A DNA stretch of 64,000 nucleotides from Candidatus Parcubacteria bacterium. Its GTDB lineage: Bacteria > Patescibacteriota > Minisyncoccia > Phycocordibacterales > JAKFXT01. Where the stretch lies: assembly GCA_021414235.1 (NCBI GenBank), contig JAIOOV010000003.1:37560-101559 (forward strand). The letters run 5' to 3'. Below, one piece after another: positions 20,053-29,599 of this stretch (the stretch's first letter is position 1; the number at the start of each line of letters is the position of its first letter). The translations under genes and the position numbers were made by a program. The notes beneath the pieces were generated by a model. That model ran no database searches. It saw only the letters and a program-made list of their open reading frames with translations, and was not told the DNA's origin.

Positions 20053-20134
20053 TTCATCGATTTCGATCAGAATCCTCCAGGAAAGAGCAGAGGCCGATAT
20101 TACCCTCTTCGACTTCGAATAGGCAAGCCTTCGG

Positions 20135-21355
20135 TTACTTCTCTAAAACCTGCCGCAGACTCGTGTATTTATTCGCCGCATCCCAGAAGATCCAGGACGT
20201 AAGCCCTGCGTCATACGTCGCCTGTATCTGCGCCTTCACCATCTCCGGAGTGTAGGGTACCGGGTAATCGAAGCTTTGGAGCCAGGGGCGCATCTTCGTA
20301 CGATCGTATGAAGGCTTAGCGTAGAGCTGCGGCGAAGTCGAAGCGATTAAGGTATGAGTGAGGGCTGCCACAATAGTCGTAGTGCCAGCCGCGCGGTCCG
20401 CTGCTCTCTTCATGGAAAACTGCACGATGTTGTAGGCATTAGCATTCACGTTCTTGTAGCCGTTGAAGCCTGTGGGATAGTGCGAGGGATAGACCATCGG
20501 ATAGATGTAGTCGAAGTACGGCAGCGCGCGCTCCAAAACCTGGCCGATGTTGAGATCATCCACATTAGTGGCGGTCATGCCGAAGAGATCCGCGGAGAGG
20601 ACTGCGCCCGTCGGGCGGAGCTTCTCACTGAGATATTTGAAAAACTCCTCGAGCGCCTCTGGCTTGCTCTTACCCTTGCTCCAAGTGTAATCCGCCTCCG
20701 CCATGGGGCCGTCGGAGGGGAAGCGTACGTAATCGAAATTGAGCTCGTCGAAGCCGAGCTCGTAGGAAATCTTGCCGAGCTCCACTACGTGATCCCAGTA
20801 CGGACGAGCACCGACATCCACGAAGGCGAGCCCCTTGTTGTCCTTCCAGACTCCCCCGCTCTTCTTCTGTACCGCCTGCTCCGGATACTGCGAAGTGTAG
20901 TAGGGGTTCTGGAACGTGGTAATGCGACCAATGACGAAGATGCCTTTCTCATGGAGCGAAGCGATGAACTCCTTCATATCCTTGGCGCCACAGGCGTCGG
21001 AGACGGAATCCTTCAATAGCGGATTGTCCGTAGGAAAGGAGATCTTGCCGGTGAAATCGCGGATATCGATGATGATCGCGTTAAGCTCTGTATCTTCCAC
21101 TAGCTTCACCAGGCCGTTGCGGATGGATGGAGTACCAGAAACACACTGGCTCATGTAGATGGCCTTGAGAGGTTCCGGAGCAGGTAGATGCTTGGCGGCA
21201 GGAAGAGTCGGCTTTAGAGGAGTCGAGCTTGCTACGGATACTTCAGCTGCAGCCGCCGGAGCATTCTCGTAGGTAATAGGGGTGAGATATGGAAAAGCAG
21301 AGACACCCGCAAGGAGGAGAAGAGCGGGTAAAGCGATGATCGGAAGAAATCGCAT
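20135..21355 (-). CDS. Putative glycoside hydrolase (DUF4015-like), exported
   Basis: GFDELNFDYVRFP, PMVYPSHY, MRPWLQSF. Confidence 0.8.
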   Translation of the reverse strand: MRFLPIIALPALLLLAGVSAFPYLTPITYENAPAAAAEVSVASSTPLKPTLPAAKHLPAPEPLKAIYMSQCVSGTPSIRNGLVKLVEDTELNAIIIDIRDFTGKISFPTDNPLLKDSVSDACGAKDMKEFIASLHEKGIFVIGRITTFQNPYYTSQYPEQAVQKKSGGVWKDNKGLAFVDVGARPYWDHVVELGKISYELGFDELNFDYVRFPSDGPMAEADYTWSKGKSKPEALEEFFKYLSEKLRPTGAVLSADLFGMTATNVDDLNIGQVLERALPYFDYIYPMVYPSHYPTGFNGYKNVNANAYNIVQFSMKRAADRAAGTTTIVAALTHTLIASTSPQLYAKPSYDRTKMRPWLQSFDYPVPYTPEMVKAQIQATYDAGLTSWIFWDAANKYTSLRQVLEK

Positions 21356-21358
21356 GAC

Positions 21359-21613
21359 TTACGCTTCCGAAGACGGATGGAGAGGAGCCGACTGATTACT
21401 CTGGGAAGATCCGCTGAACTCCTTGCGAGAACGACGTACGATGATGGGCTTCCCTGGCACGTGCTTCTTCTTGGGTACGCCCGAGTAGTAGCTCGCAGAA
21501 GCGATTCCCGCGCCGAGGATGAAATACAGAGGGGTCTTCCAGGAACCCGGAAGCCCTAGGAACGGCATGATGGCCACCAAGACGCCGAGCGTAGTAACAA
21601 GCTGTCTATACAT
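21359..21613 (-). CDS. Small two-TM membrane protein
   Basis: LGVLVAIMPFLGLPGSWK; TATAAT 6 nt upstream of the ATG. Confidence 0.7.
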   Translation of the reverse strand: MYRQLVTTLGVLVAIMPFLGLPGSWKTPLYFILGAGIASASYYSGVPKKKHVPGKPIIVRRSRKEFSGSSQSNQSAPLHPSSEA

Positions 21614-21645
21614 CACACGATTATACGACAGCGCTTTTTTCTGCG

Positions 21646-22332
21646 CTAGGCGCGACCGCTCACCATCAGCACGAATTCACCCCGCACTTTCTCTGGATTC
21701 TCGAGGAAATACGCCCTCACCTTCTCTGGCGAATCAGAGACGACTTCTTCATATATCTTGGATATCTCGCGGGAGACCACGAGAGTACGCGTGGGCTCGA
21801 GCTTCTCTACGAGCGCATCAAGCGTCTTTTCGAGACGATGTGGGGATTCATAGAAGGCCACCGTACGGGTGGAATCGGCGATCTCTGCAAACAGCGTGTT
21901 CCTCCCCTTCTTGTGCGGCAGGAATCCTAAGAACAGGAAGTCAGAAGACGGAAGACCGGAGACAGAGAGTGCTGCGGTGAGGGCGGAGGGTCCGGGGATG
22001 GCGATGATGGAAACTTCCGCGCCAAGCGAGGTACGGATAGCAGCCACAAGCTTAGCGCCGGGATCCGAGATCGCAGGCGTCCCGGCGTCCGAGACGAGCG
22101 CTAAATTCTTTCCTTCTTTCAAAAGCTCGACGATCTTCTCTTCTTTGGCCTCATCGGAATTCGAATGATATGAGAGCGTCGGCGTATGGATATCGTAATG
22201 AGAGAGGAGCTTGCGGGTGAGCCGCGTATCCTCGCAGAGGATCATGTCAACTTCTTTCAATATGCGAAGCGCGCGCGGAGAAACATCTTCTAAATTCCCG
22301 ATCGGTGTCGCAACGACGGAGAGAGTAGCCAT
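21646..22332 (-). CDS. rsmI: 16S rRNA C1402 2'-O-methyltransferase
   Basis: VATPIGNLED, SDAGTPAISDPG, YESPHRL. Confidence 0.96.
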   Translation of the reverse strand: MATLSVVATPIGNLEDVSPRALRILKEVDMILCEDTRLTRKLLSHYDIHTPTLSYHSNSDEAKEEKIVELLKEGKNLALVSDAGTPAISDPGAKLVAAIRTSLGAEVSIIAIPGPSALTAALSVSGLPSSDFLFLGFLPHKKGRNTLFAEIADSTRTVAFYESPHRLEKTLDALVEKLEPTRTLVVSREISKIYEEVVSDSPEKVRAYFLENPEKVRGEFVLMVSGRA

Positions 22333-22336
22333 AGAT

Positions 22337-23629
22337 TTATGAAAGTATAGCTTCACCTACCTTGTGCGCCTCGCCAGCGCCAAGCGTAAGTACAAGATCA
22401 GAGGGACCAAGCGTGCTCTTGAGATATTCTTCCGCTTCAATGAAGGAAAGCGGAGAAACTTTGACTCCGCGCTTTCCGAGTTCGTCAGCGAGCATCTCGG
22501 AAGAGGTGGACCCGTCATCCTGCTCGCGCGCGGCATAGATCGGGAGCACAATCACTTCGTTGGCATCCCCGAAGCTCTCCGCGAATTCCGGAAGCAGGAG
22601 CCGCGTACGGCTATAGAGGTGCGGCTGGAAGACCGCCACAATGCGGCGATCCGGATACTTCTCCCGCGTACCTTCGAGCGCCGCTCGTACCTTAGGAGGG
22701 TTGTGCGCGTAATCGTCATAGACAAAGGCTCCCGCAGGAGTCTCACCCTTATACTCGAAGCGCCGTGCGGTACCTTCAAAGGAAGCGAGTGCGGGCAATA
22801 CCACATCGTCTTTCACTCCTACAGTTCGCGCGGCAGAGAGTGCAGCCTTAGCATTCGCGATATTGTGTTTGCCTGGGAGCTTGAGCTGCGGGATTTCCCC
22901 CGCTTCAGCATAATTGACGACCGTAGCCCTGAGCCCCTCAATGACAGGAAACAGATGGGGGTTCGCCGTATCGCAGACGACGAAGCCGTCTTCAGGCACT
23001 TTGAGCGCAAGTTCGCGGAAGGCGCTCTGGATATCTTCAAGATCCCTGTAGTAATCGAGGTGATCCCGATCAATGTTGGTGATGACCAGCACCTGCGGAG
23101 AGAAGTAGAGGAAGTGCCTCATGTATTCGTCCGCCTCCACCACGAAATATTTTCCACCGCCTGGGCGGAAATTACTCTTGGTCTTGACGCGCAGCGATCC
23201 CACAACTGCCGTAGGATCAAGCTTTGCCTCCTCCAATATATCGGTAAGCATGGCAGTCGTGGTCGTCTTGCCGTGAGTACCCGCGACGGCAAAGAGGTAA
23301 TACCCACGGGTCGCTTTCCCAAGGGCTTCGAAATATGAGAGCGTGGGCACGCCGCGCGAGCGCGCTTCTTCAAGCACCGCCGGATGCTTGGTGAGCCAGG
23401 CGTCGCTATATATGTAGCAATCGGCGGAAGGGAGCGCCTTGGGATCTAGGTCAAGGGAGATGGAGACTCCCTGAGCACGGAGCTCATCAAGCGTCGCCGC
23501 GCTTTCGTTATCCTCCGTGCCGGAGATCACACGACCCTCGTGATGCAGGAGCCGTGCGAGCGCGGAGATACCGATCCCTCCGATGCCAATGAGGTGTATC
23601 CGCTTCGCCTGTGTGAGAGATTCTTCCAC
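22337..23629 (-). CDS. murC: UDP-N-acetylmuramate-L-alanine ligase
   Basis: GIGGIGIS, GTHGKTTT, EADEY, DDYAHNP, FQPHLYSRT. Confidence 0.96.
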   Translation of the reverse strand: MEESLTQAKRIHLIGIGGIGISALARLLHHEGRVISGTEDNESAATLDELRAQGVSISLDLDPKALPSADCYIYSDAWLTKHPAVLEEARSRGVPTLSYFEALGKATRGYYLFAVAGTHGKTTTTAMLTDILEEAKLDPTAVVGSLRVKTKSNFRPGGGKYFVVEADEYMRHFLYFSPQVLVITNIDRDHLDYYRDLEDIQSAFRELALKVPEDGFVVCDTANPHLFPVIEGLRATVVNYAEAGEIPQLKLPGKHNIANAKAALSAARTVGVKDDVVLPALASFEGTARRFEYKGETPAGAFVYDDYAHNPPKVRAALEGTREKYPDRRIVAVFQPHLYSRTRLLLPEFAESFGDANEVIVLPIYAAREQDDGSTSSEMLADELGKRGVKVSPLSFIEAEEYLKSTLGPSDLVLTLGAGEAHKVGEAILS

Positions 23630-23652
23630 GGAAAGGAGTATAGCAAATGACC

Positions 23653-24984
23653 CTACTTGAGCGCCCTGATGAGCTTCAGGAACTTCTCTCCCCTATCGTA
23701 TTCATTCTGGAAGAGACCGAAGGACGCAAAAGCCGGACTGAAGAGGATGACGTCCCCCTTCTCAGTGGCATCGAAGGCTTCGCGTATCGCCCCCGAGAGA
23801 TTGGTTACTCGCACAACCTTCTTTTCAAGCACCGCAGAAAGCACCAGCTTATCCGTCCCCGTTCCCGGCAGGAGGATTATCTTCTTCGTATGCTTCGGCA
23901 GGACCAAGAGGAGCTTACTCATATCGAGCTCCTTGTCCGCCCCGCCCATGATGAGGATGGGTTTCTGTGGGGCGAGAGCGGCGAGCGCTGCACGAGTCGC
24001 ATCCGGCGTAGTGGCGTTGGTGTCGTTGTACACTTTGACCCCGCGCACCTCGCGCACGAATTCGAGGCGTCCCGGAAGACCGATGAAATTAGCCAGCGTC
24101 TCTCGCATCACATTCTCCGGCACGCCGAGCGCGCGGACAGCTTCCACAGCAAGCGCTGCGTTCTCCCGGTTGTGCTCCCCGGGAATAGCGAGTTTGAAGG
24201 AAGGCGGTAGCTCCGAAGGAAGGATCAGCTTCCCCTTCCACTCATGCTCCTTAACGATGGTACGGATCTGCTTGGCAATCCCGCGGCCCGCCACCAGTAC
24301 ACCCCCTTTATCCTGATGCAGGAAGATCTGCGCCTTGTCCTTGAAATATTGCTCCGGGTCGCTCTTGTAGTAGTTGCGGTGATCCTCGAGCAGATTGCTG
24401 AAGACGGCGACCTGGGGAGAGATCCTGGCTTCGCCAAAGCCCTGGAGCTGCCAGGAGTCGAGCTCAAGGACGGTAATATCGCCCGGCTTCACCTTGGGTA
24501 AAAGACCCAGAGTAGAGACGCCACGGACATTGCCGCCGAGGTGCACTTTTTTTCCTGAGGCCTTGAGCATCTCATACACCAGATGCGTGATGGTGGATTT
24601 TCCGCGAGTGCCGGTGACACCCACGATCGGCCCTGGTGCAAAGCGCGCGAAGAGTGAGGCACTCATCTCCACTGGTATCCCCTGCGCATGCGCTTCCGCG
24701 ATGTAGGGAGAATGGAGCGGCACACCGGCATTCTTCACCACCAAATCAACGTTATGAAAATCTGCGATATCATGCTTCCCCAGGACATAGCGGATGTCTT
24801 TGTATTTCTTGAGCTTCGTAAGCGAAGGGCGAAGTTCCTCCTCGCTCTTGAGATCGGTCACCGTGAGCACAGCTCCGCACTTGGCCAGGAACTCAGCATC
24901 CCCTGCACCGCGGCCGAGAAGGCCTAGGCCCATGAGGGTAATGCGCTTCCCTTTGAAAAACGATTTATAGTCCGCAGGATTCAT
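23653..24984 (-). CDS. murD: UDP-MurNAc-L-Ala-D-Glu ligase
   Basis: GTRGKST, ELDSWQL, NDTNATT, SPAFASF; start at ATG 24984. Confidence 0.95.
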   Translation of the reverse strand: MNPADYKSFFKGKRITLMGLGLLGRGAGDAEFLAKCGAVLTVTDLKSEEELRPSLTKLKKYKDIRYVLGKHDIADFHNVDLVVKNAGVPLHSPYIAEAHAQGIPVEMSASLFARFAPGPIVGVTGTRGKSTITHLVYEMLKASGKKVHLGGNVRGVSTLGLLPKVKPGDITVLELDSWQLQGFGEARISPQVAVFSNLLEDHRNYYKSDPEQYFKDKAQIFLHQDKGGVLVAGRGIAKQIRTIVKEHEWKGKLILPSELPPSFKLAIPGEHNRENAALAVEAVRALGVPENVMRETLANFIGLPGRLEFVREVRGVKVYNDTNATTPDATRAALAALAPQKPILIMGGADKELDMSKLLLVLPKHTKKIILLPGTGTDKLVLSAVLEKKVVRVTNLSGAIREAFDATEKGDVILFSPAFASFGLFQNEYDRGEKFLKLIRALK

Positions 24985-25407
24985 AGGAGACACTATATCC
25001 ACCATACGGCTCTTTGCCCAGACCAGCCTCGTTAAACGGGATTGACTTTGCGCTGGCTGCGGAGTTATGGTGAAGCTTGGCCTTCCTGTTTTTCTGTGAA
25101 CCGGGGCCAACGTGTAACCATAGACTTCTAGCTTAGGGGACTAAAACGATGAGTGGTCTGGACAAACCTCTGGTCGCACATCCACTGGAACTCGGCGATA
25201 ACGGCGCACCTCTTCCCTTCGGAAGAGAACGCGGGCCACGAGACGAAGGCGAAAAGATCCCTCCTCCCTATGGAGATGATCTTGTCGTCCAAAATTGTCT
25301 CTTGGCTAAGACCAAGAAGCCGTAGAGCTAGGAACACAACCGGGGGCGAGGGTTCAGCGCAACCCTTGCCCCGGAAGGTAACGGCGTCCGATGAGGACGG
25401 CCGTTTT

Positions 25408-26622
25408 TTAATTTCGTCGCATGAACACGAAGAGGATACCCCAAGAGAGGAAAATGAGGGCGGAACCCGCGAGGAACGGAGCGTTCAAGCCGAGGAATCC
25501 ACCGCCAAGACCGGCGGCCACCGGGATCACTCCCTGAGCGAGCGCCATGAGGGAGCCATTGATGCCGAGTGCTGCTCCCTGCCGGTCCGCAGAGACGCTC
25601 TTTGAGACGAGCGCGCTCATGTTGGCCATAGTGAGACCTTGCGGGATAGCGAAGAACGGCATGAGCACGAAGAGGTAGAGTGCTTCGGGCATGAAGGGAT
25701 AAAGCGCGAGCATAGCCGCTACTGAGAAAATACTCACTTTCAGGATCTTCCTCTCTGCAAATTTTCCGGAGAGGATACGCAGGATCACGAGCTGAGTGAA
25801 GACGATCCAGAAGCCAGTAACAGCAAAGAAGGTGCCGACACCTTTCTCATCGAAGCCAAAGCGGTTTACCAAGAGGATGGAGATGAAGGAAGTGAAGAAA
25901 GCGAAGCCCGCCATATAGAGAAAGCTCGAGAGATATACTGGCCGGGCATCGTGATCATCGAACGCCGCCTTTATATTCTGAATCCCCTTCAGAATGTGGA
26001 AACTGCGCTTCTCAGCAGCAGGAGTGCGGCGTGTCTCCGGCAGGAAGAAATACAGGAAGAGGACGTTGAGGATGCCGAGCGCTCCTGCAAACCAGAACGG
26101 CGCAGACGCGCTATGAAAATACCCAGCGATCAATCCCCCGAGGAGCGGACCGAGGATGAAGCCGATGCCGAAAGCAGCCCCGGTGAGCCCGAAGTTCTTG
26201 GCCCGATCCTTGGGTTCGGTCACGTCCGCGATCGTCGCCTGCGCGATGCTGAAGTTCGCCCCCGCGATACCCGCCACGATACGGCTCACGATGAGGAGTG
26301 CGAGCGAAGCTGTCTCGACGCCGAAACCAAAGAGAAGCTGAGAAAGCGCAAGGACCGCGACGCCGGTAATAAGGAGTCGCTTGCGGCCATAGACGTCAGA
26401 GAGCTCGCCTAAGAGCGGCGCTGCGATGAATTGCATCAATCCGAACAAAGCAGTCACGAGCCCTGCAATGAGAAACTGCGCACTCTGCGAATAGCCCTGC
26501 AGAATAAAGTGCGAAGAAGCTGGATCGGTGAAGATGATCGGAATAATGGGAATGATCATCCCGATACCGATCATGTCGAGAAGCAGCGTGCCGAAGATAA
26601 CGGGGAGGATTCTTTTTTGCAT
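25408..26622 (-). CDS. MFS transporter (TetA/DHA1-like)
   Basis: [10 protein letters not shown] motif A; [10 protein letters not shown] motif C; about 12 TM segments. Confidence 0.92.
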   Translation of the reverse strand: MQKRILPVIFGTLLLDMIGIGMIIPIIPIIFTDPASSHFILQGYSQSAQFLIAGLVTALFGLMQFIAAPLLGELSDVYGRKRLLITGVAVLALSQLLFGFGVETASLALLIVSRIVAGIAGANFSIAQATIADVTEPKDRAKNFGLTGAAFGIGFILGPLLGGLIAGYFHSASAPFWFAGALGILNVLFLYFFLPETRRTPAAEKRSFHILKGIQNIKAAFDDHDARPVYLSSFLYMAGFAFFTSFISILLVNRFGFDEKGVGTFFAVTGFWIVFTQLVILRILSGKFAERKILKVSIFSVAAMLALYPFMPEALYLFVLMPFFAIPQGLTMANMSALVSKSVSADRQGAALGINGSLMALAQGVIPVAAGLGGGFLGLNAPFLAGSALIFLSWGILFVFMRRN

Positions 26623-26658
26623 AAATAAAAAGCCTAAAGTTCTTGATTATGCACTTTG

Positions 26659-26742
26659 TGGGCGAGGGGAGACTCGAACTCCCAATCCCTTGCGGGAACT
26701 ACGACCTGAACGTAGCGCGTCTACCAATTTCGCCACTCGCCC
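26659..26742 (-). tRNA. tRNA-Leu(CAG)
   Basis: Cloverleaf GGGCGAG.../CTCGCCC-A, anticodon loop TT-CAG-GT, long variable arm; CCA not encoded. Confidence 0.96.
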
Positions 26743-26791
26743 ACAAAATCCACAATGACCCGCCCATACTAGCGGAAACCCCGATGTCGGA

Positions 26792-27331
26792 CTAGCCCCG
26801 ACTTTCAAAAGAACGAGAAACGAGAGAAACAGCAAGCAACATCAGAAGCGCGCTGATTGCCATCACCGGGAAGGTCACGTAACCGAATTCCTGGAAATAG
26901 ATCTTGGAGCAATCGGGGCCATTCGCAGCACACGGAAGCAGAGAGAGATTGAAGGTCTGGAGAAGCCAGTGCGCCCCAGCGAAGAAGAGGCCGAAAACGG
27001 AGAGCGGGAGCGTGTAGCGCCAGATCCCGTTATCTCTCCGAAGCCAGGCAATGAAGAAGAGGACCACCTGCGGATAGATGAAGATGCGCTGCCACCAGCA
27101 GAGCGTGCATGGCTCGAAACCGACGATCTCTGAATAGTAGAGACTCAAGACGAAGGAGAAGAGAGCGATGAGTGCCCCCCAGAGGAGCATGGGCCGCACG
27201 AGCGAGGCAGGCAGATAATCCTGCGGATATTTCCCGAATAGCATCCCCGCAAATACTGCGACAAGCGCGATGTCCGCCACAACAGTAGCGAAAGAGAGGA
27301 TCGTGGTGATGAGAGCTGCGTTCTCTGCCAT
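26792..27331 (-). CDS. dsbB: Disulfide bond formation protein B
   Basis: PCTLCWWQR plus a second Cys pair; multi-TM. Confidence 0.9.
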   Translation of the reverse strand: MAENAALITTILSFATVVADIALVAVFAGMLFGKYPQDYLPASLVRPMLLWGALIALFSFVLSLYYSEIVGFEPCTLCWWQRIFIYPQVVLFFIAWLRRDNGIWRYTLPLSVFGLFFAGAHWLLQTFNLSLLPCAANGPDCSKIYFQEFGYVTFPVMAISALLMLLAVSLVSRSFESRG

Positions 27332-27337
27332 AAGGAC

Positions 27338-27727
27338 TTAATTGGAAGCAGGCAGCGGACATCCTGTCTTCTCGGCAAGGATGGCAGGAGTAAGCGTCTC
27401 AGCATCCCTCGTGCCGTCCGCGAATTGCCAGGTAGGATAGCCGGTAACGCCAGCATCCGTGCAGACCTTGAGCTGCCCCTTGCCGTTCGGCGTGGAGCAC
27501 TCCACATACGGGAGAAGCTTGGCCGACTTGGCACCGAAGAGCGCCTTCTGCTCCTTGCAGTGCGGGCACCAGAACGCTCCATAGAAGGTCACCCCTTTCT
27601 CCTTGAGACACAAGGCAAGGCCGTCATACTGTCCCGGCGTGCGGGCATCGATGACGTACCAGGCTAGGAGTCCTCCGATGATGAGAACGGTGATAACGCC
27701 CCATACCCATTTAGCGGTTCGGTTCAT
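27338..27727 (-). CDS. Membrane-anchored thioredoxin-like protein
   Basis: FYGAFWCPHC, YVECS, GYPTW. Confidence 0.88.
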   Translation of the reverse strand: MNRTAKWVWGVITVLIIGGLLAWYVIDARTPGQYDGLALCLKEKGVTFYGAFWCPHCKEQKALFGAKSAKLLPYVECSTPNGKGQLKVCTDAGVTGYPTWQFADGTRDAETLTPAILAEKTGCPLPASN

Positions 27728-27777
27728 AGGAAACATCCTAACATGCCGAATGACTCCTTAGGAAAGAGCATCTCCAC

Positions 27778-28851
27778 TCAAGCCGACCATTTGGAAAATG
27801 AGCTGACAATGGTTCCGTATACCGGCAAGGAGGGCAGCCACGTACCAGGGAGCTGTACAGGAGAGGAGGTGTAATTGGCATTTCCAAAGCCTAGCTTGCC
27901 ATTCAACCCATGCCCCCAAAGCCACAATGAACCATCGGCTTTTAAAGCAGATGTATGAAAATTCGCTGCAAAAACAGAAACCCAGGTGCCCGCAAGCTGC
28001 ACTGGAGAAGAACGGTCAATAGTATCCCCGAGCCCCAAGCGACCACTCGCACCAGTGCCCCAGATCCACAGAGAACCATCGTCTTTAATGGAAGCTGTGT
28101 GATTTGCTCCAGCGGCCACCATACTCCACGAGCCAGATATCTGCACCGGAGAAGAACGGTCAGCAGTATCAGCAAGACCGAGCTTCCCAAGCGCTCCAGC
28201 TCCCCAGACCCACAGAGAGTTATCAGGTCTTAAGGCAGCACCGAACGCGCCGCCAAGTTCTACGATTTTCCATGTTCCAGCGAGCTGCGCTGGAGAGGAG
28301 CGATTCAAAGTATTTCCAAGACCCTGTCTCGCGTTAGTACCCGCACCCCACACCCACAACGTTCCGTCCGATCTCACACTTGAGCCGAAGGCGATGCCAA
28401 GAGATACGCTTTTCCAAGTCCCCGCGATCTGCACCGGAGAAGAGTGGTCTATTATGACCCCAAGACCGTGTCGTCCGCTTGTGCCATTACCCCATCCCCA
28501 GAGCGAGCCGTCTGGCTTCAGCGCGATTGAATGGGTGTTACCAAGAGAAGCGGCACTCCATGTACCAGTGATCTGCGTGGGAGAGGAGCGATCAAGAGTA
28601 TCTCCAAGACCGTTCCTCCCGTTGGCAGCAGCCCCCCATAGCCACATGGAAGCATCTGGTCGAAAACCGATGGAGTGAGCGTTACCGAGCGTTATCGCGC
28701 TCCAAGTGCCCGCAAGTTGCACTGGAGAGGAGCGGTCGGCCGTATCTCCAAGACCCATCCGGCCACTGGAACCCGCGCCCCATATAAAAAGATTGGGACC
28801 GATATCCTTAGCGGCAGCCTGAGAATTGAAGGACAACCGATCCGACAGCAT
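27778..28851 (-). CDS. RCC1/BLIP-II-repeat beta-propeller protein
   Basis: Seven ~48-aa repeats WxWG..G.LGLGDT.DRSSPVQLAGTW. Confidence 0.88.
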   Translation of the reverse strand: MLSDRLSFNSQAAAKDIGPNLFIWGAGSSGRMGLGDTADRSSPVQLAGTWSAITLGNAHSIGFRPDASMWLWGAAANGRNGLGDTLDRSSPTQITGTWSAASLGNTHSIALKPDGSLWGWGNGTSGRHGLGVIIDHSSPVQIAGTWKSVSLGIAFGSSVRSDGTLWVWGAGTNARQGLGNTLNRSSPAQLAGTWKIVELGGAFGAALRPDNSLWVWGAGALGKLGLADTADRSSPVQISGSWSMVAAGANHTASIKDDGSLWIWGTGASGRLGLGDTIDRSSPVQLAGTWVSVFAANFHTSALKADGSLWLWGHGLNGKLGFGNANYTSSPVQLPGTWLPSLPVYGTIVSSFSKWSA

Positions 28852-28915
28852 GTCTCTGAATTATTCCACCCTTTCCTGACGTCAACAACCAGAGAAGGGC
28901 AGGGGTTCCTAGGAG

Positions 28916-29329
28916 TTAAGCGAAAAAATTCTCCAAGATCTTGTGATATTCAGGAAAAAGCGTGATTTCCTTAAGATCTTCCTTCCCTATCCAGCGAACC
29001 TCAGCAATCTCCCCATCGTCAAAAGAAAACTGAGTGCTTTCATCCAGAGAACCTCGGAAGGCAATCGCCACAGTTTGAAGACCGGTCTTTCGCTTGATGA
29101 AAGTCCCTGCCCAGATTACTTCCCCTATGGTGGGTTCTACCCCTATCTCCTCGCGGATCTCCCGAGCTAGGCCAATCTCCAAAGTCTCCCCCGCATTCAA
29201 GACTCCCCCAGGAAGATCCCAGAAATCCTGGTCATGCGCGTTCCGACAGACCACTACTTTCCCGTTCGGAGAAACCAAGACCCCTTTGCACGATACCTTG
29301 CCAACAAAATGCTCTTCTCCTTCTTTCAT
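28916..29329 (-). CDS. NUDIX hydrolase
   Basis: LPGGVLNAGETLEIGLAREIREEIG. Confidence 0.9.
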   Translation of the reverse strand: MKEGEEHFVGKVSCKGVLVSPNGKVVVCRNAHDQDFWDLPGGVLNAGETLEIGLAREIREEIGVEPTIGEVIWAGTFIKRKTGLQTVAIAFRGSLDESTQFSFDDGEIAEVRWIGKEDLKEITLFPEYHKILENFFA

Positions 29330-29330
29330 A

Positions 29331-29405
29331 TGGTGCGAGTGGAAGGAATCGGACCTTCGACCTTTTCATTATCAGTGAAATGCTCTACCACTGAGCTACA
29401 CTCGC
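29331..29405 (-). tRNA. tRNA-Ile(GAT)
   Basis: Cloverleaf, anticodon loop CT-GAT-AA, encoded CCA; T-loop variant TCCGATT. Confidence 0.94.
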
Positions 29406-29599
29406 TTGTCGGAGGAATATAACAGAAAGGAGGGTAGGTGACAATTGAACCCAAGGAGGGATTCTTGGTTATCCACCCCTTGTGCTCAGGGCCACGGAAT
29501 GTATGATAAGCGGCGTTACCAATTTTTTAGCCTCCTTCAAACAGACGGTCACCGACGTACTGGAGACGGAACGAGCGGAGGAAAATTCTCTAAGAGGAA

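Noticed and set aside
25040-25400. Possible plus-strand promoter (TTGACT-18-TATGGT) and the 69-aa ORF 25128-25337
   Set aside because: Weak starts, no motifs and no clear terminator; insufficient support.
27778-28851. CRISPR array or DGR target in the RCC1 repeats
   Set aside because: Repeats are degenerate in-frame protein repeats; no cas gene, reverse transcriptase or adenine-specific TR/VR pair was seen in the window.
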